This document shows positions 19,295-29,437 of a stretch of 64,000 bases of DNA, piece by piece (within the stretch, counting starts at the first letter, position 1; each line of letters opens with the position of its first letter). The notes under the pieces were generated by a model. That model was not told the origin of the DNA and made no database searches. It saw only the letters and a list, made by a program, of their open reading frames with translations. Made by a program: the position numbers and the translations under genes. The stretch is taken from positions 768,001 to 832,000 of the forward strand of contig OY970342.1 in the NCBI GenBank assembly GCA_963717505.1, written 5' to 3'. Source of the stretch: Candidatus Eiseniibacteriota bacterium (GTDB lineage Bacteria; Eisenbacteria; RBG-16-71-46).

Positions 19295-20125
19295 ATGACC
19301 GACATCCGCTCCGACTTCGTTCGCATGGTCGAGGGTCCCGAGGACTCGATCGAGCTGGCGCGCGCCGCCCTGCTGGTCGCCGCCGAATCCGATCCCAACA
19401 TGGATGTCGACACCGAGCTCCGCCAGCTCGACCGCTGGGCCGTCGAGCTGGTCGCGCGCATGGATCCGAGCTGGAACAACCTGCAGAAACTCGCCCGCTT
19501 GCGCTCGTTCGTGTTCGAGGATCTCGGATTCCGTGGCGACCGGAAACACTACTACAACCCCAGCAACTCGCTGCTTCACGAGGTGTTCCGGCGGCGGCTC
19601 GGGATTCCACTCACGCTCGGCATCATCATGATGGAGCTGGGTTGGCGCGTCGGCATCCCCTTCGAGGGCGTCGGCTTTCCCGGCCACTTCCTGGTGCGAT
19701 TGTCGGGCGAAGCGCAGGACCTGATTCTCGATCCCTACGCGCGAGGCATGTCGGTCCACGAGGAAGACTGTCGGCGCATGCTGCAGGAGGCGACCGGCGG
19801 ACGGCTCGAGTTCGACGAGGACCTGCTGGTGTCGATCGGCAAGCGGGCGATGCTCATGCGACTGCTGTCGAACCTCAAAGGCGCCTACCTGCGAGCCGGG
19901 CAGGACGAACTCGCGCTGGCCTCGGTGGATCGACTGCTGGTGCTGCAACCCGGCGATCCCGACGAGATGCGCGATCGCGGGCTCTTGCTCTACCGGCTGC
20001 GCCGCTACTGGCCGGCGCTCGAGATCCTGAAAGCGTGGTTGGAGAATCAGCCCGATGCTCCCGATCGCGAGTTGATCGAGAAGCACGTGGTGGCGCTCCG
20101 ACACCTGGTGTCGAGCCTGAACTGA
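19295..20125 (+). CDS. SirB1/transglutaminase-like protein with TPR
   Basis: FRGDRKHYYNPSNSLL..V..RRLGIPLTL, GVGFPGHFLVR, RLLSNLK, EMRDRGLL. Confidence 0.88.
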   Translation: MTDIRSDFVRMVEGPEDSIELARAALLVAAESDPNMDVDTELRQLDRWAVELVARMDPSWNNLQKLARLRSFVFEDLGFRGDRKHYYNPSNSLLHEVFRRRLGIPLTLGIIMMELGWRVGIPFEGVGFPGHFLVRLSGEAQDLILDPYARGMSVHEEDCRRMLQEATGGRLEFDEDLLVSIGKRAMLMRLLSNLKGAYLRAGQDELALASVDRLLVLQPGDPDEMRDRGLLLYRLRRYWPALEILKAWLENQPDAPDRELIEKHVVALRHLVSSLN

Positions 20126-20182
20126 TTCGCTGGGATCCGGGGTTCATCTCGGTCCAGCGCAAGCGCCGAAAGCTCGCCCTGG

Positions 20183-21259
20183 CTACGGTGCGTCGCGAGG
20201 ATCCTCGAACACCAGCGAGTGAAACGTGATGCCCGGTGAATCGGGCGAAAGCTTGAGCACACGTTTCGACTTCGATCGGGCGATCGAATAGAGCCGCGGT
20301 CGATCGACCACGACGAAGGCCGCTCCGCGCGGGTCGAAGCCGACGTCGTCACCCGCTTCCTCGCGCGCGAGCCAGTCGTCGTCGGCGAGAATCCAGATCC
20401 GCGACGATCCGGTTTCGGGCGGCGACAACACAGCCCAGGCATGGCCCCCGTCGTAGCGAACCGAGACGTAGTTCGCGGCACCACCGCGCGCCGCGATCAC
20501 GCCGTCGGTTTCCGGCACCCACCGGCCGACCACGTAGGGGACGTAGGCGTCGCCTTCTTCCTGAAAGCGAAACTGGGCGGTGAAGGTCGCGGCCACACCC
20601 GGCGGACGCCCGGCCAGCGGCCCATGCTCGACGCGCGAAACGCCCAGGTGGACCAGACGCTGAACCGGTACGCGCGCCGGGGGTGGCTCGTCGCCGAGCG
20701 GAAGACCGGCCGACGAATCGACCGCCATGATCGCGGCGCGCAATTCGTAGTCGACGCGCCCGAGCGACTCGCCGATGGCCCGAAACAACACGCGCCCCTC
20801 TGGATTCGAAAGCACCACCGCTGGCCGCAGGCCCGGCATGCCCGGCGCTCCCGACACTTCGTAGGAAGGATCGAGCACGATCGGGAATGTCAGACCCAGT
20901 CGCCGGGCGACGCCCGCGGTGACCGAGGTGTCGGCGGCGAATGCGAACGACGGCGCATGGACGCCGATCACACGCACGCCGTACCGCGCGTAGGCGCGGT
21001 GCCAGGCTTCGGCCTCGGGCAGGAGCTCCAGCGATTGCGGCTCGGATTCGGTCCACACGACCAGCGCCACCATGCGGCCGCGCAGTGATTCGGCGGTCAG
21101 CGGCGCCCCGTTCACCCACATTGCTCCCGGTCCGGGGAGCGGAATCGCGGGCCCATCCGCCGTGGCGGTCGCGCGTTGGCCGGAGCGCATGATTCTGAGC
21201 CCCCACCAGGCTCCCGCGGCGATCGCCGCCAGGATCAAAACCACGCCAAATACGCGCAT
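20183..21259 (-). CDS. Membrane-anchored thioredoxin-fold protein, DipZ C-terminal-like, lacking CxxC
   Basis: WVNGAPLT..SLRGR, VIGVHAPSFAF, TFPIVLDP, VDRPRLYSI; WTESEPQS at the position of WTYSCINC. Confidence 0.7.
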   Translation of the reverse strand: MRVFGVVLILAAIAAGAWWGLRIMRSGQRATATADGPAIPLPGPGAMWVNGAPLTAESLRGRMVALVVWTESEPQSLELLPEAEAWHRAYARYGVRVIGVHAPSFAFAADTSVTAGVARRLGLTFPIVLDPSYEVSGAPGMPGLRPAVVLSNPEGRVLFRAIGESLGRVDYELRAAIMAVDSSAGLPLGDEPPPARVPVQRLVHLGVSRVEHGPLAGRPPGVAATFTAQFRFQEEGDAYVPYVVGRWVPETDGVIAARGGAANYVSVRYDGGHAWAVLSPPETGSSRIWILADDDWLAREEAGDDVGFDPRGAAFVVVDRPRLYSIARSKSKRVLKLSPDSPGITFHSLVFEDPRDAP

Positions 21260-21391
21260 CGCGGCAGTATACGCATCATGCTAGACTGCCGGTCCACTTA
21301 GAGCGCGGCCCACCCGAAGCCGGGTCACGGGTTCCACCGCCTCCCGTAGCCACAGTCATCACCCGGTCGGCCACTCAAGGGAGTTCCGAGA

Positions 21392-22531
21392 ATGAAACGC
21401 TACGCCTCCTGGTTCCTGCTCGTCGCGATCGCGGCGTTCGCCGCCGGTTGCTCCGGCTCGCAGTCGAAGGCTCCGGCCGAGGGCGCGACCGCCCAGCACG
21501 TCGAAGGCTTCAAGATCGGAATCATGACCGGCACCGTGTCGCAGAGCGAAGAGGAGTTCCGCTCGGCGCAGCAGCTCATCAAGAAGTACGGCGACCGGAT
21601 CAAGCACGTCACCTACCCCGACAACTTCATGACCGAGCAGGAGACCGTGATCGCCCAGCTCACCGGCCTCGCCGCCGATCCCGCCGTCAAGGTGATCGTC
21701 GCCAGCCAGGCGATCCCAGGCTCGGTCGCCGCCGCGCGCAAGATTCGCGAGCAGCGCCCGGACATCCTGATCGGGTTCTGCGAGCCGCACGAAGATCCGG
21801 CGATCGTCAACGAGGCGGTGGACATCGCGGTCCAGCCGGACCAGCTGGCCCGCGGCCGCACGATCATCCAGGAAGCCGTGGCGATGGGCGCCAAGCACTT
21901 CGTGCACTACTCGTTCCCGCGCCACATGTCGCAGGAGCTACTGGCGCGCCGTCGCGACATCATGAAGGACGAAGCGGCGAAGCAGGGCATCACGTTCGCA
22001 TTCGTGACCGCTCCGGATCCGATGGCCGAAGGCGGGTTGCCGGCGACCCAGCAGTTCGTGCTCGAGGACCAGCCGCGCCAGATCAAGCGCCTGGGCTCGG
22101 AAACCGCGTTCTTCTCGACCAACTGCGGGATGCAGGAACCGCTGATCAAGTCCGTGCTCGAGAGCGGCGGCTACGTCGCCGAACAGTGCTGCCCGAGCCC
22201 GACGCACGGCTACCCGGCCGCCCTCGGCATCGCAATTCCGCCTGACAAGGCCGGCGACATCGACTTCATCAACGCCGAGAACAAGCGAGTGATCGCCGAG
22301 CACAAGATGAGCGGCCACTTCGGCACCTGGATCGCACCCGAGACCATGGTCATCACCCGCTCGGTGGTGAACCTGCTGGTCGATGCGGTCGACGGTAAGG
22401 CCGACTTCAAGGATCCGGAGACGGTCCGCCGCTACCTGGCCGAGGATGCCAAGGCCAACGTCGTGATCAAGAAGTACGACGACAAGGTCGGCAACACGTA
22501 CCTGTTCCTGCTGGACCACATGGTCTACTGA
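21392..22531 (+). CDS. DUF3798 family lipoprotein (ABC substrate-binding)
   Basis: Lipobox AAGC; KIGIMTGTVSQSEEE, HVTYPDNFM.EQET, FVHYSFPRHMS, CCPSPTHGYP. Confidence 0.85.
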   Translation: MKRYASWFLLVAIAAFAAGCSGSQSKAPAEGATAQHVEGFKIGIMTGTVSQSEEEFRSAQQLIKKYGDRIKHVTYPDNFMTEQETVIAQLTGLAADPAVKVIVASQAIPGSVAAARKIREQRPDILIGFCEPHEDPAIVNEAVDIAVQPDQLARGRTIIQEAVAMGAKHFVHYSFPRHMSQELLARRRDIMKDEAAKQGITFAFVTAPDPMAEGGLPATQQFVLEDQPRQIKRLGSETAFFSTNCGMQEPLIKSVLESGGYVAEQCCPSPTHGYPAALGIAIPPDKAGDIDFINAENKRVIAEHKMSGHFGTWIAPETMVITRSVVNLLVDAVDGKADFKDPETVRRYLAEDAKANVVIKKYDDKVGNTYLFLLDHMVY

Positions 22532-22541
22532 TTTTCCACTC

Positions 22542-24044
22542 GTGCGGCCGCGTCTCGCGATTCCGAGGTGCAACGCCGTAGTGCGCGCAGCCCGGCTCTC
22601 TTTGGGAGCAGCCGGGCTGCTCGTGTGTTCGGCGGCAGCAGAGTCGCGCGCAACTGCGTCGCCTCCGCTCGACGACCAGTATCGATCGGCGGCGGCCCGG
22701 CTGATCGGCGCCGCACTGTCGAGCGACCACGCGTGGCTCCGGCTCTCGCAGCTCTGTGACGGCATCGGACATCGCCTGTCCGGCTCGCCTTCACTCGAGC
22801 GGGCGGTGCGCTGGGCGGAATCGGCCATGAAGGAGGACGGTCTCGAGCGGGTTCGCCTACAGCCCGTGCGCGTCCCGGTGTGGGTGCGCGGCGAGGAGCG
22901 GGCCGAGATGATCCTCCCCCGCCGTCAGCCACTGTCGATGTTGGGGCTCGGTCGCAGCATCGGCACGCCGCCCGGCGGCATCGCCGCCGACGTGGTGGTG
23001 GCCGGCAGTTTCGCCGCACTCGCCGCGATGCCTGACAGCGCGATTCACGGCCGGATCGTGCTGTGGGACGTGCCGTTCACCACCTACGGCGAAACCGTGA
23101 CCTATCGCTCGCGCGGCGCCCACGTCGCCGCACGCCGGGGCGCAGTCGTCTCGCTGGTGCGCTCGATCGGCCCGGTGAGCCTGCGCACGCCGCACACCGG
23201 CGCCATGTCGGCGTACCCGGACACGGTGCCGAAGATCCCGGGTGCGGCGGTGACCATTGAAGACGCGACCATGATCCGCCGGCTGCTCGAGCGTGGGGAG
23301 CGGGTTCGCATTCATCTGGCAATGAACGCCCAAACGTTGCCTGACACGATTTCGCACAACGTGATCGGCGAGATCCGCGGGCGTGTGAAGCCCGAGGAAG
23401 TCGTGGTGGTGGGCGGGCACCTGGACTCGTGGGACGTCGGTTCCGGCGCCCACGACGATGGCGGCGGCTGCGTGATCAGCATGGAAGCCCTGCGCCTGAT
23501 CAAGGCAGCCGGGCTCAAGCCACGACGCACGATTCGCTGCGTGCTATGGACCAATGAGGAGAACGGCGCTCGTGGTGGGGCCGCCTATGCTGATTCGCTG
23601 GGCGGGGCCGTGAGCCGGCACGTCGCCGCCGTGGAATCCGACGGAGGTGTCGAGACCCCGGCTGGTTTCGGCTTCCGGGCGTTCCTGCCCGGCACCGAGA
23701 AGACGGATTCGGTGCGCACCAAGCTGGCCACCACCAAGGCGGCGGAGATCGCCCGTCTGCTCGAGGCGGTTGGCGCCAGCCGCGTGCGCGGCGACGGCGG
23801 TGGCGTCGACATCACGCCGCTCATGAAGAAGGGCGTGCTCGGCATCGGACACCAGACGACCATGGCCCACTATTTCGACTGGCACCACACCGAGTCCGAC
23901 ATGCTCGACAAGGTCGACCCGCTCGCGCTGCGCCAGAACGTCGCGGCGATGGCAGTTCTGCTCTACGTGCTCGCCGACATGCCGGAACCCATCGGCGGCC
24001 CGACGCCGGCCGCCGTCACCGAATCGGAGCCCACCGCCCGCTGA
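22542..24044 (+). CDS. M28 peptidase, carboxypeptidase Q-like
   Basis: DGIGHRLSGS, VPVWVRG, PHTG, GGHLDSWDVG.GAHDDGGG, WTNEENG, ESDGG, YFDWHHT; start uncertain. Confidence 0.9.
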   Translation: MRPRLAIPRCNAVVRAARLSLGAAGLLVCSAAAESRATASPPLDDQYRSAAARLIGAALSSDHAWLRLSQLCDGIGHRLSGSPSLERAVRWAESAMKEDGLERVRLQPVRVPVWVRGEERAEMILPRRQPLSMLGLGRSIGTPPGGIAADVVVAGSFAALAAMPDSAIHGRIVLWDVPFTTYGETVTYRSRGAHVAARRGAVVSLVRSIGPVSLRTPHTGAMSAYPDTVPKIPGAAVTIEDATMIRRLLERGERVRIHLAMNAQTLPDTISHNVIGEIRGRVKPEEVVVVGGHLDSWDVGSGAHDDGGGCVISMEALRLIKAAGLKPRRTIRCVLWTNEENGARGGAAYADSLGGAVSRHVAAVESDGGVETPAGFGFRAFLPGTEKTDSVRTKLATTKAAEIARLLEAVGASRVRGDGGGVDITPLMKKGVLGIGHQTTMAHYFDWHHTESDMLDKVDPLALRQNVAAMAVLLYVLADMPEPIGGPTPAAVTESEPTAR

Positions 24045-24072
24045 GCGGGCCGGTGTGGTATTCCTGCGCCCC

Positions 24073-25677
24073 ATGACCACCCCCCCTCCGATGCTCGAAC
24101 TGCGCGACATCGTCAAGGAGTACGAGGGCAATCGCGTGCTGAAGGGCGTATCGCTGGCGGTTCGGCCGGGGACCATCCACGCGATCGTCGGCGAGAACGG
24201 CGCCGGCAAGTCGACGCTGATGAACATCCTGTTCGGCATGCCGGTGATCCACAGCACCGGTGGATTCAAGGGGCAGGTGCGCCTGGCGGGGGCCGACGTG
24301 AAGTTCGCAGGGCCGGTCGACGCCATGGCCGCCGGCATCGGCATGGTCCATCAGGAGTTCATGCTGATCCCGGGTTTCACCGTGGCGGAGAACATCAAAC
24401 TCAACCGCGAGCCGACCCGGCCCAATCTGTTCTCCCGTGTATTCGGACGCAAGCTCGAGACCTTCGACCGAGACCGCGCCGGCAAGGACGCGCGCATCGC
24501 GCTCGACCACGTCCACCTGAACGTCGACGAGTGGCTGCCGGTGGCCGGCATGCCGGTCGGGCACATGCAGTTCATCGAGATCGCGCGCGAGGTCGACAAG
24601 AAGAACGTCAAGCTGATCATCTTCGACGAGCCCACCGCCGTGCTCACCGAGAGCGAGGCGAACAATCTGCTCGGCGTCATGCGCACGCTCGCCAGCGAGG
24701 GGATGAGCATGTTGTTCATCACTCACCGGCTCGACGAAGTGCTCGAGGTCGCGGACGACATCACGGTGCTGCGCGACGGCGAGGTGGTGGGCCAGCCCGA
24801 TCCCAAGACCACGACCACCCTCCGTCTGGCCGAGCTGATGGTCGGTCGCCCCGCGAACGTCGGAAAGCGCGACCGGGCGGTCGCGAGCACCGGGAAGCCA
24901 GCGCTCGAGGTCCGCGACCTCGAAGTCGACATGCCGGGCGAGCGCGTCGAGGGCGTGAGCTTCGCGATCGACAAGGGCGAGATCCTCGGCCTCGCCGGCC
25001 TCGCGGGCCACGGCAAGGTCGGCGTCGCGAACGGACTCATGGGACTCTATCCGGCGCGCGGCACCGTGCTGAAGAACGGCGTGCCGCTGGCACTCAACGA
25101 CACCGCTGCCGCGATTCGCGCCGGCATGGCGTTCGTCTCCGAAGATCGCCGCGGCGTCGGCATCCTGCCCGACGAGAGCATCGAGCTGAACATCGTGCTG
25201 ACCGCGCTGGAGGCGCAGAACCGCTTCCTGAGGCCCGGGCCGATCCCGGCGCTGCGCATGCTCGACGGCCCGGCGGTGCGCCGGCATGCGCGCACGATGA
25301 TTCAGCAGCTCGACGTCCGCTGCACGGGGCCGCGCCAGCACATCCGCCGACTGTCGGGCGGCAACCAGCAGAAGGTCTGCCTGGCGCGCGCCATCACGCT
25401 CGAACCCGATCTGATGCTGGTCTCCGAACCGACGCGCGGCATCGACATCGGCGCCAAGGAGCTGGTGCTCGACATCCTGCGCAAGCTCAACCGCGAGCGA
25501 GGCCTGACGCTGCTCGTGACCTCATCGGAGCTGGCCGAGTTGCGCGCGATTTGTCACCGAATAGCGATCGTCTACCACGGCCGGATCGAGGCGATCCTCG
25601 AGCCCGACGCCAGCGACGCGCAGTTCGGTTTGGCGATGGCCGGCGAACTGCAGACGCACGGGGCCCATCGTGGCTGA
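24073..25677 (+). CDS. CUT2-type (sugar/nucleoside) ABC transporter ATP-binding protein
   Basis: GENGAGKSTL, VHQEF, FDEPT, LSGGNQQK, EPTRGIDIGAK, SSELAEL. Confidence 0.93.
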   Translation: MTTPPPMLELRDIVKEYEGNRVLKGVSLAVRPGTIHAIVGENGAGKSTLMNILFGMPVIHSTGGFKGQVRLAGADVKFAGPVDAMAAGIGMVHQEFMLIPGFTVAENIKLNREPTRPNLFSRVFGRKLETFDRDRAGKDARIALDHVHLNVDEWLPVAGMPVGHMQFIEIAREVDKKNVKLIIFDEPTAVLTESEANNLLGVMRTLASEGMSMLFITHRLDEVLEVADDITVLRDGEVVGQPDPKTTTTLRLAELMVGRPANVGKRDRAVASTGKPALEVRDLEVDMPGERVEGVSFAIDKGEILGLAGLAGHGKVGVANGLMGLYPARGTVLKNGVPLALNDTAAAIRAGMAFVSEDRRGVGILPDESIELNIVLTALEAQNRFLRPGPIPALRMLDGPAVRRHARTMIQQLDVRCTGPRQHIRRLSGGNQQKVCLARAITLEPDLMLVSEPTRGIDIGAKELVLDILRKLNRERGLTLLVTSSELAELRAICHRIAIVYHGRIEAILEPDASDAQFGLAMAGELQTHGAHRG

Positions 25678-26758
25678 CGCGACGCCGGCCGCCAGAGCGA
25701 CCGAGACCGATCGAACGCCGCTGATCCAGGCGGCTCGCGAATACTTCGCGGAAATCGGCATCGCCCGGGTGCTGATCGCCGTCTTCCTCCTGGCCTTGTT
25801 CGTCGTGGCGGTGATCAAGAAGATGGACGTACCGGGCCTGCTGACCGATTCCTTGCTGCGCGTCGGGCGCAACGGCCTGCTGGTGCTCGCGCTGTTGCCC
25901 GCGGTCCAGGGTGGCGTCGGCCTCAACTTCGGCCTGCCGCTCGGCATCGTGTGCGGACTGGTGGGCTTGGTCACCGTGATGAACGCGTCGTTGACCGGAT
26001 GGACAGGCCTCGCGGCCGCCGCGGGCATCGGCGGCCTGATCGCGGTGCCGGTCGGCCTCGCCTACGGCTGGCTGCTCAACCGCACGCGTGGCCAGGAGAT
26101 GATGGTCGGCACGTATCTGGGCTTTGCCGCGGTATCCGGCATGTCGATCTTCTGGCTGCTCGCTCCGTACCACAATCCGCTGCTGGTGCTGGCGATCGGC
26201 GGCAAGGGCCTGCGCACAACGCTGACGCTGACCAAATACTTCGACCGCATCCTGGATCGCCTGTGGTCGTTCGAGATCGCGGGCGTCACGATACCGACCG
26301 GAACCCTGTTGGTGTTCGCGGCCGCCTGCGTCCTGGTCGGTCTGTTCTTTCGCACGCGAGCGGGCATCACCATTTCCGCCGCGCGCAGCAATCCGCGCTT
26401 CGCGAGCGCTTCGGGCATTTCCGACGAGCAGACCCGGATCCAGGCCACCGTGTTCTCCACCGTGCTCGGCGCGGTCGGAATCGTGCTGTTCGCCCAGTCG
26501 TACGGATTCGTCCAGCTCTACACGGCACCGCTGCTGATGGCGTTCCCCGCGGTCGCATGTCTCTTGATCGGCGGCGCCTCGGTGTCGCGGGCCACGCTCA
26601 CCCACGTCCTGATCGGCACGTTCCTCTTTCAGTCGATTCTGACCGTGGCGCTGCCGGTGACCAGCCAGGTGATCCAGGGCGACATCTCAGAGACCGCGCG
26701 GCTCATCATCCAGAACGGCATGATCCTCTACGCGCTGACGCGCAAGATCGATCGATGA
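25670..26758 (+). CDS. ABC transporter permease
   Basis: Polytopic; GVGLNFGLPLGI, QSYGFVQLYTAPL. Confidence 0.9.
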   Translation: MADATPAARATETDRTPLIQAAREYFAEIGIARVLIAVFLLALFVVAVIKKMDVPGLLTDSLLRVGRNGLLVLALLPAVQGGVGLNFGLPLGIVCGLVGLVTVMNASLTGWTGLAAAAGIGGLIAVPVGLAYGWLLNRTRGQEMMVGTYLGFAAVSGMSIFWLLAPYHNPLLVLAIGGKGLRTTLTLTKYFDRILDRLWSFEIAGVTIPTGTLLVFAAACVLVGLFFRTRAGITISAARSNPRFASASGISDEQTRIQATVFSTVLGAVGIVLFAQSYGFVQLYTAPLLMAFPAVACLLIGGASVSRATLTHVLIGTFLFQSILTVALPVTSQVIQGDISETARLIIQNGMILYALTRKIDR

Positions 26759-27858
26759 GCGACCGCGCTCCGGCGACACCCGCGCGCGCTACGCCGGCAG
26801 CGGCCACGTGGTCGTTGATCGCCCGGTTCGCCGTGCCGCTGCTGTTCCTGGTGCTGTGCGTGTTCGGAATCTTCGCGGCCCGCATCACCCCCGAGTTCCT
26901 GGTGCGCGAGATGCTCGCTCGCTTCGCGCGCAACAGCCTGCTGGTGCTGTCGCTACTGATCCCGATTCTGGCCGGCCTCGGACTCAACTTCGGCATCGTG
27001 ATCGGGGCGATGGCCGGGCAGATCGGCGCGATCCTCGTCAGCTACTGGGGAATCAAGGGCATTCTGGGATTCGCCGTCGCCTGCCTGGTCGCCGTGCCGT
27101 TCGGCATCGCGTTCGGGTTCGCCACCGGCTGGCTGTTCAATCGCGCCAAAGGCCGCGAGATGGTCACCGGCCTGATCGCGGGGTTCTTCGCCAACGGCCT
27201 CTACCAGCTCGTGTTCCTGTTCGCGATCGGCACGCTGATCCCGTTCGCCAACGAACAGATGGTCTTGCCCCAGGGCTTTGGCCTGCGCAACACCATCGAC
27301 CTGACCGGCATCCAGTACGCGGTCGACGACCTGATCCCGTTCGCGCTCATGGTCGAAGGCTCACGGGTGCGGGTGCCGATCGCCACCATCTTGGTGATCG
27401 CGGCGTTCTGCGCGTTCAACCTGTTCTTCCTGCGCACCAAGCTCGGCCAGGAGCTGCGCGCGATGGGCCAGGACCCGCACGTCGCCGGCACCGCGGGCAT
27501 TCCGGTCGAGCGCAATCGCTTGATCGCGACCGTGTTCTCGACCGTGTTCGCAGCCTGGGGCCAGCTTTTGTTCCTGCAGAACCTGGGCACCTTCAATACC
27601 TACAGCTCGCACGAGCAGGTCGGCATGTTCTCGATCGCGGCCCTGCTGGTGTCGGGGGCGACCGTGTCGCGCGCGACGGTGCCGCAAGCATTGATCGGCA
27701 CCATCTTGTTTCACACGTTGTTCGTGGTGTCGCCGCTCGCCGGCAAGGCGCTGGCCGGCGACGCCCAGATCGGCGAATACTTCCGCGTGTTCGTCGCCTA
27801 CGCGGTGATCACCGTGGCGCTAGTGCTGCACGCTTGGCAGAAGAGCCGGAAGGGTTAG
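26755..27858 (+). CDS. ABC transporter permease
   Basis: ATGA overlap; GLGLNFGIVIGA, RTKLGQELRAMGQD, NTYSSHEQVG. Confidence 0.9.
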   Translation: MSDRAPATPARATPAAATWSLIARFAVPLLFLVLCVFGIFAARITPEFLVREMLARFARNSLLVLSLLIPILAGLGLNFGIVIGAMAGQIGAILVSYWGIKGILGFAVACLVAVPFGIAFGFATGWLFNRAKGREMVTGLIAGFFANGLYQLVFLFAIGTLIPFANEQMVLPQGFGLRNTIDLTGIQYAVDDLIPFALMVEGSRVRVPIATILVIAAFCAFNLFFLRTKLGQELRAMGQDPHVAGTAGIPVERNRLIATVFSTVFAAWGQLLFLQNLGTFNTYSSHEQVGMFSIAALLVSGATVSRATVPQALIGTILFHTLFVVSPLAGKALAGDAQIGEYFRVFVAYAVITVALVLHAWQKSRKG

Positions 27859-28207
27859 CATAGCCACAGCCAAGCTACGCGTTGCTCGCCCTACTCCAGC
27901 AGCGTATCTTCGCGGCCGCCTCCGCAATCCCCAACCGCCGGAGTGACCTTATGGGATCGTGTACCGCCCCCGTGTATGCCGACCGCCCGTGAGGAGCGTG
28001 CTCATTTCTCCGGCGGCGCGCTCGCAGCCTATCCGGTCCAGACCGCGTGGCCGGCCAGCCCCCAAACCACATCCATGAGGGACTTTGCCCTCGACAGGAC
28101 TCGCTCGAGATCGGACCTGTGCTGCGCAGCGTATGCAGTACCAGAGTTCCTTCGCATTCTTGTTAGGCAGCAAACACGTTGCGTGTTGCCAAAGAGGGAG
28201 GGTCGCC

Positions 28208-28687
28208 ATGAGCCTGAATTCGAGAGCGTCGTTGCTGGTGCTTTGTTTACTGGGGGCAACGGAAGTCGACGGTCAGGAAGCCGTCACCGCACTTGACCGT
28301 ACTCTTTCGAAGACCCACATGCGACAAGACACCACTTCCGTCGCGATCGCCGACGCGCCAGTGCAAGCATTCCCTCCGACGACGATTCAGTGTGGAAAGC
28401 AGAGTTGCACGGTGAGGGTTGAGGTCTCCAGCCAGTTTGTCAACGTCACTTCCGGGAACGCCGTTAGACTGCATGTCAAAGCGGATGGCGCCCCATTCCC
28501 AGTCACAGGATTTGAAATCGATGGCGGAATCAACAGACCGGTGGCGCATCTCACCACGGTGTCATTACTGAAGAGCGATCTCAGTCCAGGACCACACACC
28601 ATATCGGTGGCCTTTGATATGCGAACGCCGGGTGGCAAAGCGGAGGCGTGCATTCGTACATTGACCATTCAGGTGTTTACACCTTAA
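28208..28687 (+). CDS. Hypothetical secreted beta-sandwich protein (cassette-borne)
   Basis: GAGGGAGG RBS, signal-like N-terminus, atypical codon usage. Confidence 0.6.
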   Translation: MSLNSRASLLVLCLLGATEVDGQEAVTALDRTLSKTHMRQDTTSVAIADAPVQAFPPTTIQCGKQSCTVRVEVSSQFVNVTSGNAVRLHVKADGAPFPVTGFEIDGGINRPVAHLTTVSLLKSDLSPGPHTISVAFDMRTPGGKAEACIRTLTIQVFTP

Positions 28688-28717
28688 ACAATCCAGAACT
28701 CGCAGTGGAGCGGATCG

Positions 28718-29341
28718 ATGGACATTCGCGAAAGCTACGACTCGGCCGCGGCGGCGTACGCTGAACACCTATCAGACGAGCTCACGCGCAAGCCACTCGA
28801 CCGGCATCTCTTGAATCGGTTTGCGGAAGAGACTCGTGGCCGCGGTCTCGTCGCCGATCTCGGCTGTGGGCCTGGGCATGTTGCCCGGTATCTGAGCCAG
28901 CAAGGCGTCACGATCCTTGGGATCGACTTTTCCGCGAAGATGGTCGCAGTGGCCCAGAGCCTGAATCCCGATCTCGACTTTCGCGTCGAAGACATGAGAA
29001 GCCTCAACGTGAGAGACGCAAGTCTCGCCGGAGTGGTAATGTTCTATTCCATCGTGCACTTCGACTTGACCGAACTCCCGCCAGTTTTTCGGGAAGCGCG
29101 ACGGGTCCTAATGCCTGGTGGCTTGGCGCTTGTCTCTTTTCATATGGGCGAGCAGATCGTCCACAAGGATGACCTATTCGGCGCTCCGGTCTCACTGGAC
29201 TTTCGGTGTCACACTCCGGAGAACATCGTCGAGGCTCTCCGGTCGGCCAATCTCGCGGTCATCGAGCAGGTTCATCGCGAGCCTTATGACGGAACCGAGT
29301 ATCCAAGCCGCAGGTGCTACCTTGTCGCGCGAGCTGCCTAA
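28718..29341 (+). CDS. Class I SAM-dependent methyltransferase
   Basis: VADLGCGPGH, GIDFS, FYSIVH, RVLMPGG; stop codon lies inside the attC R'' box. Confidence 0.9.
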   Translation: MDIRESYDSAAAAYAEHLSDELTRKPLDRHLLNRFAEETRGRGLVADLGCGPGHVARYLSQQGVTILGIDFSAKMVAVAQSLNPDLDFRVEDMRSLNVRDASLAGVVMFYSIVHFDLTELPPVFREARRVLMPGGLALVSFHMGEQIVHKDDLFGAPVSLDFRCHTPENIVEALRSANLAVIEQVHREPYDGTEYPSRRCYLVARAA

Positions 29342-29395
29342 CAGCAACATGCAGCGGACGACGCTCCGCGCCGCCGGTGATGCTGACCGTTCGGC
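29336..29395 (+). other. attC recombination site
   Basis: GCCTAAC-AGCAAC-ATGCAGCGGACG...CGCCGGTGATGCTGACC-GTTCGGC, 60 bp, imperfect inverted repeat. Confidence 0.8.
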
Positions 29396-29437
29396 GTCCG
29401 TAATGCATATCAACGATCGTAAGAAGGGTCACCAAGG

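Noticed and set aside
27860-28160. Possible integron integrase remnant upstream of the cassettes
   Set aside because: Translations show no IntI or tyrosine-recombinase motifs
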